Source: an uncultured Candidatus Rokubacteria bacterium
GTDB lineage: Bacteria > Methylomirabilota > Methylomirabilia > Rokubacteriales > CSP1-6
DNA: 64,000 nt
Assembly (NCBI GenBank): GCA_963789955.1
Contig: CAWBMV010000001.1
Coordinates: 768,001 to 832,000, forward strand
Direction of reading: 5' to 3'
Shown here in pieces: positions 1 to 9,935 of the stretch (positions are counted from its first letter, which is position 1; each line of letters starts with the position of its first letter). A program made the position numbers and the translations under genes. Under the pieces are notes generated by a model, which did not search any database, was not told the origin of the DNA, and saw only the letters and a program-made list of their open reading frames with translations.

Positions 1-222
1 CAGACCGCGCTGCGCGACAACTCGACGCGAATTCTCGGTGCCGACGCGCCGGTGATGCGCGGCGTCGGCGGCGACGAGGCTGCCATACGCGCGATCACGC
101 CGGCGGGCCGGCGCGGCACGCTCGAGGAGATCGCGGCCGCCGCCTGCTACCTCGCCAGCTCAGAAGCGGACTATGTCACGGGCTCGACGCTCGTGGTCGA
201 TGGAGGATGGACAGCGAGATGA
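1..222 (+). CDS. SDR family oxidoreductase, 3' end (partial)
   Basis: Frame 1 reads ...[41 protein letters not shown], a typical SDR C-terminus. Its TGA overlaps the next ATG (ATGA). Confidence 0.9.
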   Translation, partial: QTALRDNSTRILGADAPVMRGVGGDEAAIRAITPAGRRGTLEEIAAAACYLASSEADYVTGSTLVVDGGWTAR

Positions 223-1361
223 TCAAGCGATTCCACGTGCTCTATGTCGGCCAGGTGGATCTGGAAAATATCGGACTGCAGGGGACCCCGGCCAATTCCC
301 GGCGCTACGACAACGACAAGCTGAGCGAGCCCTTCTTCGCGGCGCGCGACGTCGCGCAGCTGATGGACGATCTCGGCTACTACGCCCTGTGGACGGCGGA
401 GCATCACTTCCAGCGCGAAGGCTACGAGGTCTTTCCGAACCTCGTCCAGCTCTCGCTGTGGCTCGCCACGCAGACCCGGCGCTTGAAGCTCGGGTGCGCC
501 TTCAACGTGCTCCCGATGTGGCATCCGATCCGGCTGGCCGAAGACTACGCGATGGCCGACATCGTCACCGACGGCCGGGTGATCATGGGCGTCGGCCGTG
601 GCTATCACTCTCGTGAAGTCGAGTCGTTCGGCGCGCCCGTCATCGACCAGGCGGCCAACCGGGAGATGTTCGAGGAGCAGGTCGACCTGATGCTGAAGTG
701 CTTCAACGACGACTCGTTCAACCACCACGGCAAGCGCTACGAGGCTCCGCCGCCCGTGGAGTATCGCGGCTATCAGCTCAGCGACATCACCTGCGTGCCG
801 CGGCCCAAGCACCTGCCGGTCGAGGTCTGGATGCCGATCGCCAGCAGCAAGTCCATCGACTACATGGCGAGCAAGAACTTCAAGGCGATGGTGACGCTGA
901 ACGGCGAGAAGATCCTGGACGACGTGGTGAAGGCCTATCGCGACGCCTGCGCCAAGTACGGACGCCGCAAGCAGCTCGGCGAGGACATGATCTGGGGCGC
1001 CGGGCTCTATCTGGCCGACACGCCCGAGGAGGCCAAGCGCCGGGTCGAGCCGTCGCACGACGAGCGCTACAAGTGGTTCGCGCCGTTCGGCTTCGTGCGC
1101 TACGCCGACGAGCAGGGGCGCACGTGGGGTACGCCGGGCGCGCCCGCCCGCACCCCGTCGCTCGCCGACGGAATCCAGCAGAAGGCGTGGTTCTGCGGTC
1201 CGCCGTCGCACGTCATCGACGGGATCAAGTCGATGGCGGCCAAGTATCCCGGGCTCGAGGACTTCATGATCCACTGGGCCGAGGGCCTGTCGGCGAAGGA
1301 GTTCAAGGAGCAGCTCCGCTGGTTCGCGCGCGACGTGATGCCTGCGTTTCAGGCGCGCTAG
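219..1361 (+). CDS. LLM-class (luciferase-like) flavin-dependent oxidoreductase
   Basis: [29 protein letters not shown] motifs and a C-terminal FARDVMP. Start set by the ATGA overlap with the SDR gene. Confidence 0.9.
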   Translation: MIKRFHVLYVGQVDLENIGLQGTPANSRRYDNDKLSEPFFAARDVAQLMDDLGYYALWTAEHHFQREGYEVFPNLVQLSLWLATQTRRLKLGCAFNVLPMWHPIRLAEDYAMADIVTDGRVIMGVGRGYHSREVESFGAPVIDQAANREMFEEQVDLMLKCFNDDSFNHHGKRYEAPPPVEYRGYQLSDITCVPRPKHLPVEVWMPIASSKSIDYMASKNFKAMVTLNGEKILDDVVKAYRDACAKYGRRKQLGEDMIWGAGLYLADTPEEAKRRVEPSHDERYKWFAPFGFVRYADEQGRTWGTPGAPARTPSLADGIQQKAWFCGPPSHVIDGIKSMAAKYPGLEDFMIHWAEGLSAKEFKEQLRWFARDVMPAFQAR

Positions 1362-1387
1362 CAGGGCCGAGCGCGCCCCTGCGCGCC

Positions 1388-1489
1388 AATACCCCACCCG
1401 GGTATTCTTCCCTCGGGGGAAACCCCCTAGGGATGGTATTTTCTCTTTTCACGCCCTCGTGCCTGTGGTAGGAATACCCCCGAGGGAAG
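1388..1489. promoter_or_regulatory. Array of repeated pseudo-palindromic boxes upstream of the SWIB-like gene
   Basis: Three copies of WWWCCCCC(G/T)AGGGA(A/T)G (1407-1422 reverse, 1420-1435, 1474-1489), plus AATACCC-N5-GGGTATT at 1388-1406. Confidence 0.5.
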
Positions 1490-1527
1490 TAAACGGCCGA
1501 ACCACCATTACGAGGTAAGGAGGCACT

Positions 1528-1689
1528 ATGGCGAAGGGCAAGAAGGCGTTCGGGGGCTATTCGATCAATTTCAAGGGCTGTAAGGATTCGGCCGAGGCGA
1601 TCTTCGGCGGCTCGCCGATCGGGCCGTCCGAGATGACGAAGAAGATCTGGGCCTATGTGAAGCGCAAGAAGCTCGCCGGCAAGAAGTAG
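1528..1689 (+). CDS. 53-aa basic protein with a SWIB/MDM2-like motif (not in the ORF track)
   Basis: Strong SD TAAGGAGG. Translation MAKGKKAFGGYSINFKGCKDSAEAIFGGSPIGPSEMTKKIWAYVKRKKLAGKK*. EMTKKIWAYVK matches the SWIB core helix. Confidence 0.8.
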   Translation: MAKGKKAFGGYSINFKGCKDSAEAIFGGSPIGPSEMTKKIWAYVKRKKLAGKK

Positions 1690-1783
1690 TCTCGGCGCTT
1701 CTTCGTGTCGTCACGGGCGGCTTGCGCTCTGCGAGCCGCCCTTCGCTTTTTCAGTCCCGGCTCGCGCGCGTCGCGGGAAGGTC

Positions 1784-2438
1784 TTACCGCGGGAGCTTGT
1801 CGAGGGAGCCGACGACCAGATCGGGGCTGACGCCGAGCGCTTCTTCCGGCGCGCCCGTTCGATTGCACCAGGCGACCTGATAGCCGAACGACTTCGCCCC
1901 GGCGACGTCCCAGCCGTTCGACGACACGAACAGCAGCTCCCCGGCCGCAATCCCCAGGACTTGAGGACCAAGCGCGTACACCAGCGGCGAGGGCTTGTAC
2001 GTCTTCACGCGGTCGACCGAGATGACGTGCTCGAGCAGCGACGCCGAGCCCGCTCGCGGTGACCGCGGCAGCCAGCATGGCCGGCGAACCGTTCGAGAGG
2101 ACCGCGCGCGGCCGGCCCGCGAGGCGCCCCAGCGCGGCCTTCACCTCGGGGAAGCAGGCGAGCGAGAGGTACGCGTCCATCAGGCGCTGCACCTGCGCCT
2201 CCGTCGCGCCGAGGCCGAGCCGCCTGATCGAGTAGCGAAGCGCCGCCTCGGTCACGACCCAGAAGTCGGCGTAGGTGCCCATGAGCGCGCGCAGCCACGT
2301 GTACTCGAGCTGCTTCTGGCGCCACGTGGTCGAGAGCGCCGCCGGATCGCTCGTGATCTCGCGGCCGGCCTCGACAACCGAGTGCACGTCGAAGAGGGTG
2401 CCGTAGGCGTCGAAGACGTAGCCGCGGATCGGGCTCAA
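1784..2438 (-). CDS. Haloacid dehalogenase type II (HAD); one frameshift near 2040
   Basis: FDAYGTLFD, WRQKQLEY and LSNG in one frame; YKPSP and VSSNGWDVAGA in the next. TTG start overlaps the upstream stop. Confidence 0.88.
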
Positions 2439-3346
2439 CGCGTGTACGACATACGTCGCGCGCGCGCCGGCCGCCTCGGCGCCGGGCTCGGCTCGGGCGC
2501 CGCGTCGAGGCCCGCCTCGACGAAGCCGTACTTCAGGAGCTTCTTCGCGTCGAGGAACGACGACGTGCGGGTGCGCGAGCCGAGCACGATCATGATGAAC
2601 TGCTGCCCGTCGCGCCAGGCCGAGACGGCCAGGTTGTAGCCGGCCTCGAGGGTGAATCCGGTCTTGAGCGCCTGCACGCCCAGGGGATCGTTGAAGAGGG
2701 GGATGTGTCGCGCGTAGACGCGGCCGCGATAGACGAACGTCTGCCCGCCCAGCATCGGCCGCGCGGCGGGATGGTCCTGGAGCAGCCGGATGATGAGGTG
2801 AGCGAGATCGCGGGCGTTGCTTCGCTGGGCCGGGTCGGGCAGGCCGTGCGGGTTCGCGAAGCGGGTGGCGTGAAGCTCGAGCTCCTGCGCCTTGGAGTTC
2901 ATCCGACCGACGAAGCTCCACTCGTCTCCCGCCAGGCGCTCGGCCAGGGCGGTGGCCGCGTCGTTCGCCGAGGCGATCGCCACGCCTTCGAGCAGGACGT
3001 GGAGCGGCACGAGCTCACCCGCCCGGAGGCCCATCCGGGCCTTCGGCGTCAGGGACGCGTACTTGCTCACCGGCACCAGCTCGTCGAGCTCCGCGCGCCC
3101 GGCTTCGATGTCCTCGAACGCGAGATAGAGGGTCATCAGCTTCACGAGGCTGGCGGGTGCGCGCTCCTCTTCCGGATTCTTGGCGAAGAGTGTCTTCCCC
3201 TCGGGATCGAGCAGCAGGACGGCTTCAGCCGTGAGCACCGGCGGACGTCCGTCGGCAGCGAGCCGCGCCGGCTGACCGTTCGCAGCGAGGGGAACTAGGG
3301 CGGTTATCAGCACCGCCAGGACGGCGAGCATACGGCCTGGATGCAC
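2435..3346 (-). CDS. D-alanyl-D-alanine carboxypeptidase (peptidase S11)
   Basis: Signal peptide; SxxK (SLVK), SxN (SAN), NPHGL and KTG motifs. Confidence 0.92.
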   Translation of the reverse strand: MHPGRMLAVLAVLITALVPLAANGQPARLAADGRPPVLTAEAVLLLDPEGKTLFAKNPEEERAPASLVKLMTLYLAFEDIEAGRAELDELVPVSKYASLTPKARMGLRAGELVPLHVLLEGVAIASANDAATALAERLAGDEWSFVGRMNSKAQELELHATRFANPHGLPDPAQRSNARDLAHLIIRLLQDHPAARPMLGGQTFVYRGRVYARHIPLFNDPLGVQALKTGFTLEAGYNLAVSAWRDGQQFIMIVLGSRTRTSSFLDAKKLLKYGFVEAGLDAAPEPSPAPRRPARARRMSYTR

Positions 3347-3395
3347 TGCGTCTGATTCTAGCGACCGCCCGAAGCGAGCGGCAAGGAAAAACCGG

Positions 3396-3677
3396 TCAGC
3401 GGACCGCCTGCTTCAGCTCTTTCGACGGCTTGAAGCGTGGGATGCGCCCGGCGACCGTCACCGCCTGACCCGTGCGAGGGTTCTTCAGGGTGCGGGGCTT
3501 TCGTCGCGCCACTGAGAAAGTTCCGAATCCGACGAGGGTGACCGCGTCACCTCGCTTCAGCGAGGCGCGAATACCGCCGAGCGCGGCCCGGAGCGCGCGC
3601 TCGGTGCCGGCCTTTGGCCAGCCCGCCGCCACTGCCATTCGCGCCACGATGTCGGCCTTCGTCATTGTTTCAGTCAC
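3396..3677 (-). CDS. HU family DNA-binding protein
   Basis: MTKADIV, VTLVGFGTF, NPRTG, PRFKPSKELK. The ATG at 3665 is an alternative start. Confidence 0.92.
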   Translation of the reverse strand: MTETMTKADIVARMAVAAGWPKAGTERALRAALGGIRASLKRGDAVTLVGFGTFSVARRKPRTLKNPRTGQAVTVAGRIPRFKPSKELKQAVR

Positions 3678-3722
3678 GATTCGCGCCTGGCCGGCGGAAC
3701 CCCCGCCGGCCCGCGGCGCGCC

Positions 3723-4235
3723 CTACATACCGAACGCGCCCCGCGCTTCGTCCATGACGGTCTCGTCGATGGTCGCGTACCCGTGTTCGGCCGCGAATCG
3801 CTCGATCGCGCGGCGCGCCATGGGCCGGATGAACGAGGGGATCCGCTCCACGCGCGCCTCCGCCTCGGACGTCCAGGGCACCGCGGACGGCGTCACGGCC
3901 GCGCCCTCGTTGACCATGGCCGCGAACGGACAGCCGCCCGCCTCGGTCCCGGTCTCCGCCTGACTCTCGCCGATCTTGGCGACGTCACCTTCGAAGGCGT
4001 CGGCCCGCGGGTTGGCCATCATCGTGCGCACGTGCTCGAACGGGGCCGGCGGCGTGGCCCCGCCCACCTTGACGCCGAGACTCCTGACCATCTGCGTCTC
4101 GAACGGATTGGTGAGCATCGCGACGCGAAAACCGCACTCGGGGCACCGGAACGTGACGGCCAGCGAGCCTTCGTCGGGTCCTTCGGTCGAATGGAGCTTC
4201 ATCGGCTCGTCGCAGTCGAGACACAGGAACTTCAT
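3723..4235 (-). CDS. Zn-ribbon plus PCP_red (BchB C-terminal-like) domain protein
   Basis: N-terminal CLDC...CPEC; C-terminal WTSEAEARVERIPSFIRPMARRAIERFA. Confidence 0.75.
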   Translation of the reverse strand: MKFLCLDCDEPMKLHSTEGPDEGSLAVTFRCPECGFRVAMLTNPFETQMVRSLGVKVGGATPPAPFEHVRTMMANPRADAFEGDVAKIGESQAETGTEAGGCPFAAMVNEGAAVTPSAVPWTSEAEARVERIPSFIRPMARRAIERFAAEHGYATIDETVMDEARGAFGM

Positions 4236-4319
4236 GGCTCGGCATTCTATCACTCCCTCGCGCGCCGCGGCCCGGAGGCTCGCTCGCAACGGGGAGTTGT
4301 GCTAGCGTGAATCCCCGGC

Positions 4320-4394
4320 GCCGGTGTAGCTCAGTGGCAGAGCAGCTGATTCGTAATCAGCAGGTCGCGGGTTCAAGTCCCGCCGCCGGCTCCA
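4320..4394 (+). tRNA. tRNA-Thr(CGT)
   Basis: Acceptor stem GCCGGTG/CGCCGGC, anticodon arm GCTGA-TTCGTAA-TCAGC, T-loop GGTTCAAGTCC, encoded CCA. Confidence 0.97.
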
Positions 4395-4509
4395 GTTACC
4401 AAGGACTTCTAAGGCACCTCTGCCAGGTAGACAGGCTCTTCGGTTGATCCTTGCGTTGAAACTTCGGCGGACTGAGCGTTGCGCTCCGACGCTCGTGAGG
4501 ACGACAACC

Positions 4510-6654
4510 ATGACGGCCGACCACCGCGCTCACGCTCGAGGCGATCCGTCGACGCCGAATGCTCAGCCATCTGAGCGCGCGCAGCGCGATCAGCACGGGT
4601 CGGTGCCGACTGTACCGACCGGCCAGGGATCATCCCAGCACGCTACGCACGGCGCTCCCGAGGGCGACAACGTCCACGCCGGCCACGACAAGCACGCCGG
4701 CCACTCCGTCGAGATGTTCCGTCAGAAGTTCTGGGGCACGCTAGCGCTCGCGATCCCCACCCTCGTGTGGGCGCCGATGATCCAGCACTGGCTCGGCTAT
4801 TCGGCGCCCGGCGGGCCCGGTGCATCGCGCTGGATCTCGGCGATCTTCGGGGCGCTCGTGTTCGCGTACGGCGGGTGGGTCTTCATCAAAGGTGCGGTCC
4901 GGGAGCTCGCCGACCGCCGCCCTGGGATGATGACGCTCATCGCGCTCGCGATCAGCGTCTCATTCCTCTTCAGCCTTGCGGTCACCCTCGGCTTCCCCGG
5001 CATGGACTTCTGGTGGGAGCTAGCGACCCTCGTCACCATCATGGTCCTCGGCCACTGGATCGAAATGCGCTCGATCGCCCAGGCCCAGGGAGCACTGAAG
5101 GAGCTCGCCAAGCTCCTCCCCGATGTCGCGGTACGTCTTGTCGACGAAAGGACCGAGGACGTGTCCGTCGCCGATCTCCGCGGCGGAGACGTGGTGCTCG
5201 TTCGTCCGGGCGCGAGCATCCCGGCCGACGGCGTCGTGCGTGAGGGGACGAGCGAGGTGAACGAGTCCATGATCACCGGCGAGTCACGACCCGTCGGGAA
5301 GGGCCCCGGCGGCGCGGTGGTCGCTGGGACGGTCAATGGCTCCGGCTCCCTTCGGGTCGAGGTCACGGGCACGGGAGAGCGCACGGCACTCGCCGGCATC
5401 ATGCGCCTCGTCGAACAGGCGCAGAGCTCACGTTCCCGGACGCAGGCTCTGGCCGATCGGGCTGCACTCGCGCTCACGATCATTGCGGTCGTGGCGGCGG
5501 CGCTCACGCTCGTGGGCTGGTCCGCGGCCGGAGCCGAGGCCTCGTTCGTGATCGAGCGTGTGGTCACGGTCCTGGTCATCGCGTGTCCCCACGCGCTTGG
5601 TCTCGCCATCCCGCTCGTGGTCGCAATCTCCATCACGCTCGGCGCCCGCAACGGATTCCTGGTGCGTGACCGGCGTGGACTCGAGGAGGCGCGCAACGTG
5701 AACGCCGTCTTCTTCGACAAGACCGGCACGCTCACGCGTGGAGAGTTCCGGGTTGTGGAGATCACCAGCCGCGAGCGGTTGGCCCAGGACGACGTGCTGG
5801 CGCTGGCTGCGGCGGCGGAGCGCGACTCGGAACACACGATCGCCCGCGGCATCGTCAAGAGCGCGGAGGAGCGCGGCCTCGCGATCCCGCAGGCCGAGCG
5901 CTTCCAGGCCATTCCCGGACAGGGTGTGGAGGCAATGGTCGGCGGCAGGCAGTTCCTGATCGGCGGTCCCGCACTGCTGCGCCGGCTCGCGGTGGAGCCG
6001 GAGCCAGCGCTCCGTGCGGCCATCGACCGTGCGGCGGTCCGCGGTCAGGCGGCGGTCACGCTGCTCGAGAAGACGACACCGCTGGCCGTGTTTGCGGTGG
6101 CGGACGCCGTACGCGGCGAGTCCCGCGAGGCGGTGTCGCGCCTTCAAGAGCAAGGTATCGAAGTGATCATGATGACCGGCGACGCGCAGGCGGTCGGCAC
6201 AGCGGTCGCCGAGGATCTGGGTATCGACCGCGTGTTCGCCGAGGTCCTGCCGGAGCAGAAGGCGTCGAAGATCAAGGACGTACAGCGGCAGGGCAAGCGC
6301 GTCGCGATGGTCGGCGACGGGGTCAACGACGCCCCCGCGCTTTTGACAGCTGACGTCGGAATCGCCATCGGCGCGGGGACCGACGTCGCCGTCGAGGCCG
6401 GCGACGTGGTGCTCGTGAGGAGCGACCCCCGTGACGTGGCGCGGCTCATCGCGCTGAGCAAGGCGACGTACCGCAAAATGGTCCAGAACCTCTGGTGGGC
6501 GACCGGCTACAACATCGTGGCCATTCCCCTCGCGGCCGGCGTGCTGGCGCCGTGGGGGATCGTGCTCTCCCCCGCCGTCGGTGCGGTATTGATGTCGCTG
6601 AGCACCGTCATCGTAGCTGCCAACGCCCAGCTCCTTCGTGGCGTCCGCGTGTAA
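4510..6654 (+). CDS. copB: Copper-translocating P1B-3 ATPase (CopB-like) with His-rich N-terminus
   Basis: TGES, CPH, DKTGT, GDGVND, YN and MSLS motifs. GAGG SD precedes ATG 4510. Confidence 0.9.
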   Translation: MTADHRAHARGDPSTPNAQPSERAQRDQHGSVPTVPTGQGSSQHATHGAPEGDNVHAGHDKHAGHSVEMFRQKFWGTLALAIPTLVWAPMIQHWLGYSAPGGPGASRWISAIFGALVFAYGGWVFIKGAVRELADRRPGMMTLIALAISVSFLFSLAVTLGFPGMDFWWELATLVTIMVLGHWIEMRSIAQAQGALKELAKLLPDVAVRLVDERTEDVSVADLRGGDVVLVRPGASIPADGVVREGTSEVNESMITGESRPVGKGPGGAVVAGTVNGSGSLRVEVTGTGERTALAGIMRLVEQAQSSRSRTQALADRAALALTIIAVVAAALTLVGWSAAGAEASFVIERVVTVLVIACPHALGLAIPLVVAISITLGARNGFLVRDRRGLEEARNVNAVFFDKTGTLTRGEFRVVEITSRERLAQDDVLALAAAAERDSEHTIARGIVKSAEERGLAIPQAERFQAIPGQGVEAMVGGRQFLIGGPALLRRLAVEPEPALRAAIDRAAVRGQAAVTLLEKTTPLAVFAVADAVRGESREAVSRLQEQGIEVIMMTGDAQAVGTAVAEDLGIDRVFAEVLPEQKASKIKDVQRQGKRVAMVGDGVNDAPALLTADVGIAIGAGTDVAVEAGDVVLVRSDPRDVARLIALSKATYRKMVQNLWWATGYNIVAIPLAAGVLAPWGIVLSPAVGAVLMSLSTVIVAANAQLLRGVRV

Positions 6655-6842
6655 GCGGGTCCTTACGAGCGACCGCCGCCGGCGGCGCCGGCCGTTGACG
6701 CGCTCTTGTCTTTCAGGGGACGCGCGTCTTGATATACAGTTACGACGTCGACGCGGGAGTCCGGAAAGCTGAGCGCGGACAGCACGTTCGATCGCGCCTC
6801 GTCTCTCCGAGCCGACCGGTCGAACTACGAGACGAGGTGGCC

Positions 6843-7244
6843 ATGCCCGCAAGTGGTCGACGTGAAGAGATTCGCGTTCCCGGGATGCCCGAGCCGATCA
6901 GCCATTTCACCAACGTCGTGCGCGCCGGCCGCCTCGTGTTCGTGTCGGGCTGCGTCGCGTCCGACGCCGACGGGCGCACCATCGGTGGCAACGACGCGAC
7001 CGCGCAGGCCCGACAGGTCCACGAGAATCTGAAGAAGTGCCTGGCGGCCGCCGGCGCGACGTTCGCCGACGTCTGCAAGGTCACGGTGTTCCTCAAGAAC
7101 ATCGCCGATCGCGAGAAGGTCAACGTGGCCCGCAAGGAATACTTCGGAGCTCATCGCCCTGCCAGCACGCTCGTCGAGATCTCGCGTCTGGTCCGCGAAG
7201 ACCTGCTCGTCGAGATCGAGGCGATCGCGGTGTTGCCCGAGTAG
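6843..7244 (+). CDS. RidA/YjgF family protein
   Basis: LVFVSG, AQARQV, RPAST and LVEIEAIA motifs. SD GAGGTGG. Confidence 0.92.
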   Translation: MPASGRREEIRVPGMPEPISHFTNVVRAGRLVFVSGCVASDADGRTIGGNDATAQARQVHENLKKCLAAAGATFADVCKVTVFLKNIADREKVNVARKEYFGAHRPASTLVEISRLVREDLLVEIEAIAVLPE

Positions 7245-7247
7245 CAG

Positions 7248-9140
7248 GTGGCCAACGCGGAGTCTCTCTGCGAGCGCGCTCATGTGTGGGTCCGGCAGGG
7301 GCGCTACCGCGAGGCCGAGGCGGCGTACCGTGAGGCGGTTCGAAACGACCCCGGCCGGCTGAGAGCCTACCTCGGGCTCGGTCTGGTCCTGCGCCGCCAG
7401 CGCCGGTCGGCGGAAGCCGAGGCCGTCTTCAAGCAGGCGATCCTCCTCCAGCCCGACGGCGTGTCGGCGCATCTCGAGCTCGGCGGCGCGCTCTTCGAGC
7501 AGACCCGCTACGCCGAGGCGGCCGCGGCGTTTCGCGAAGCGATCCGGCTCCGGCCCGACTCTCCTCAGGCGTACGTGAGCCTGGGTCTCTCGCTGACCCG
7601 TCGCGGCGACTACGCGGGCGCTGAGTCCGCGTTCCGCGACGCGTTGACCCTGAAGCCGAACGACGCAATCGCCGGCGCAAACCTGGCGACGGTGCTGCGG
7701 CGGCAACGCAAGGTCACGGCGGCCGAGGCCGTGCACCGCGAGGCGCTGACACGCGCCACGGCGCCCACGACGGTTCGACGCGACCTCGCCGACACGCTCT
7801 ACGAGCAGGCGAAGTATGCCGAGGCCGCGACGGCGTTTCGCGAGGCGCTCTCGCTCACGCCGAGCGACGCGAAGGCGTGGCGGGGTCTGGCCCTGTCGCT
7901 CGAGCGATTGGGTCGACTCGCCGAGGCGACCAGCGCGTATCGCGACGCGATCCGACTGCGGCCCGACGACGCCGACCTGCGCGAGCGGCTCGGCGCCGTG
8001 CTCCGGCGCCGGCATCGCGACGTCGAGGCGGCCGCTGCGTTCCGCGAGTCGCTGCGCCTGCGCCCCGATGCCGCGCGCGCGCACCATCATCTGGCGGTCA
8101 CACTCGAGCGCCTCGGCCGCTACGACGACGCCGCGGCGGCGTTTCGCGAGGCGATCCGGCTGCGGCCGACGTATCTGCACGCGCACCTCGGTCTGGCCGC
8201 GACGTTGCGACGGCAAGGCCGATGGGCGGAGGAAGCCGCGGCGTACGCCGATGCGCTGCAGGTCAGTCCGGACGACGCCGATCTTCACAGCGGCCGAGGC
8301 CTGGCACTCGGCGCCCTCGGCGACTACGCCGAGGCCGCGGCCGCGTTCCGGCGGGCGCTGGCGCTCCGTCCCGACGATGCCGACCTGCACTACGAGCTCG
8401 GGGTCGCGCTCGGGCGACAGGGAAGACATGCCGACGCCGAGATCGCGCTACGCTCTGCGATCCGCGTTCGCCCCGACTCCGTCAAGGCGCGCGCGAATCT
8501 GGCGCTCGGCCTGGGCCGGCAGGGCAAGCACCTCGAAGCCGAGTCGTCGTACCGCGAGGCACTCGCGCTGCGGCCGAACCACGCGACCTTGCGCCGCGGC
8601 CTCGGCGTCGCGCTGTACTGGCAGGGGCGATACGCGGAGGCCGAAACTTCGTTCCGCGAGGCGGTGCGCATCAAGCCCGAGTACGCGCGGGCGCACAGCG
8701 ATCTGGGCGAGATGCTGGCCGAGCAGCACCGCTATCGCGAGTCCGAGGCGGCGTATCGCGCCGTCATCCGGATCACACCCGACTCGCCCGCGCCGCACAC
8801 CGCGCTCGCGGGCGTGCTCCTGGCCCAGCGCCGGTACGCCGATGCCGCGGCCGAGTGTCGCGAGGCGATCCGGCTCAACTTCGACGAGCCGCGGGCGCAC
8901 ATCAACCTGTGGGATTCCCTCGAGTACCTCGGCCACTACGACGAGCTCGAGACCGCGGCGCGCGCGCTCATCGAGCGCAGGCCCGATCACGCCGACGCCC
9001 ATGCGCGGCTCGGGCGCGCGCTGTTCGCCCGCGGACGCTACGCCGAGGCCGCGGCCGCCTACCAGACGGCAGTCGGGCTCCATCCAGAAGTCGCGCGCTT
9101 CCGCGACGGGCTCGCCGCGGCGCTATCGAAGGTCGAGTAG
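7248..9140 (+). CDS. All-TPR repeat protein (about 17-18 repeats)
   Basis: Periodic A-x-x-x-LG...GRYAEAAAAFREAIRLRPD units along the whole 630 aa. Confidence 0.92.
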   Translation: MANAESLCERAHVWVRQGRYREAEAAYREAVRNDPGRLRAYLGLGLVLRRQRRSAEAEAVFKQAILLQPDGVSAHLELGGALFEQTRYAEAAAAFREAIRLRPDSPQAYVSLGLSLTRRGDYAGAESAFRDALTLKPNDAIAGANLATVLRRQRKVTAAEAVHREALTRATAPTTVRRDLADTLYEQAKYAEAATAFREALSLTPSDAKAWRGLALSLERLGRLAEATSAYRDAIRLRPDDADLRERLGAVLRRRHRDVEAAAAFRESLRLRPDAARAHHHLAVTLERLGRYDDAAAAFREAIRLRPTYLHAHLGLAATLRRQGRWAEEAAAYADALQVSPDDADLHSGRGLALGALGDYAEAAAAFRRALALRPDDADLHYELGVALGRQGRHADAEIALRSAIRVRPDSVKARANLALGLGRQGKHLEAESSYREALALRPNHATLRRGLGVALYWQGRYAEAETSFREAVRIKPEYARAHSDLGEMLAEQHRYRESEAAYRAVIRITPDSPAPHTALAGVLLAQRRYADAAAECREAIRLNFDEPRAHINLWDSLEYLGHYDELETAARALIERRPDHADAHARLGRALFARGRYAEAAAAYQTAVGLHPEVARFRDGLAAALSKVE

Positions 9141-9854
9141 GCGCCGGAACTCTTCGAGATCGGCGGCCGGGACGTCGGGCCGCTGCCGCACGGCCTCGTG
9201 GACGTGCGCGGGATTGTCCTCGATCGCCCGGCTGACGCGGGCGAACAGCTTGACGAACCGCTTCGCTTCCTTTTCCGCCTTGGCCGTCGCGACCGAGCTC
9301 GCCAGCATGCCGGCGAGGGCGATGATCTTGCTGTCCAGCCTGACGAAGCCTTTCACGGCCGGTGAGATCAGGCTCCGGCGATCCGCGCCGGGGGCGAAGG
9401 CGTACTCGATCACGACGACCGCCTGGCCGCTGATGCTTGGAAGCAGCCCCGACTGGTACTGGCCGTGCGCGAACACCACGCGCGTGCCGCTGCTCGCGTA
9501 GACCACCGAGAACTGCCCGACGACGCCCCAGCCGTCGTCGAGCCAGAGCCCCCCCTCGGGGCCGCGCCAGATGCGATAGCGGGCCAGCTTCAGGGCGCGG
9601 GTGATGTGGGTGGCGAACTCCGGATGGTCCAGCAGGAACTCGAAGACGTCCGACCGCGCGAGGAACGGCTCGCCGGCCGCCTGTGCGCTCACCGAGGCTC
9701 CCTCGGCGACCTCCTGTAGACGCGTTCGCTCTTGAGCGGGAATCTGGGCGGGAAGGATGGGTGACGGCTTGGCCGCGAGCGCGCTCGACACCAGCAGGAC
9801 TGCCGTAATACCGGCAACGGCGCATGTCGATCCGCGGCGGTGCCTGGACAACAC
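9123..9854 (-). CDS. Hypothetical exported protein
   Basis: Signal-like hydrophobic N-terminus, coding-like codon bias, TATAAT 9 nt upstream of the GTG. Confidence 0.7.
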   Translation of the reverse strand: MLSRHRRGSTCAVAGITAVLLVSSALAAKPSPILPAQIPAQERTRLQEVAEGASVSAQAAGEPFLARSDVFEFLLDHPEFATHITRALKLARYRIWRGPEGGLWLDDGWGVVGQFSVVYASSGTRVVFAHGQYQSGLLPSISGQAVVVIEYAFAPGADRRSLISPAVKGFVRLDSKIIALAGMLASSVATAKAEKEAKRFVKLFARVSRAIEDNPAHVHEAVRQRPDVPAADLEEFRRLLDLR

Positions 9855-9935
9855 GACCGCGCCATTATACCCTCGCCCCTACCAACGTAATTCGCCCCGA
9901 ACTTGCGGCGCCCCGTCCGGGGCGCGGGGGGCAGC

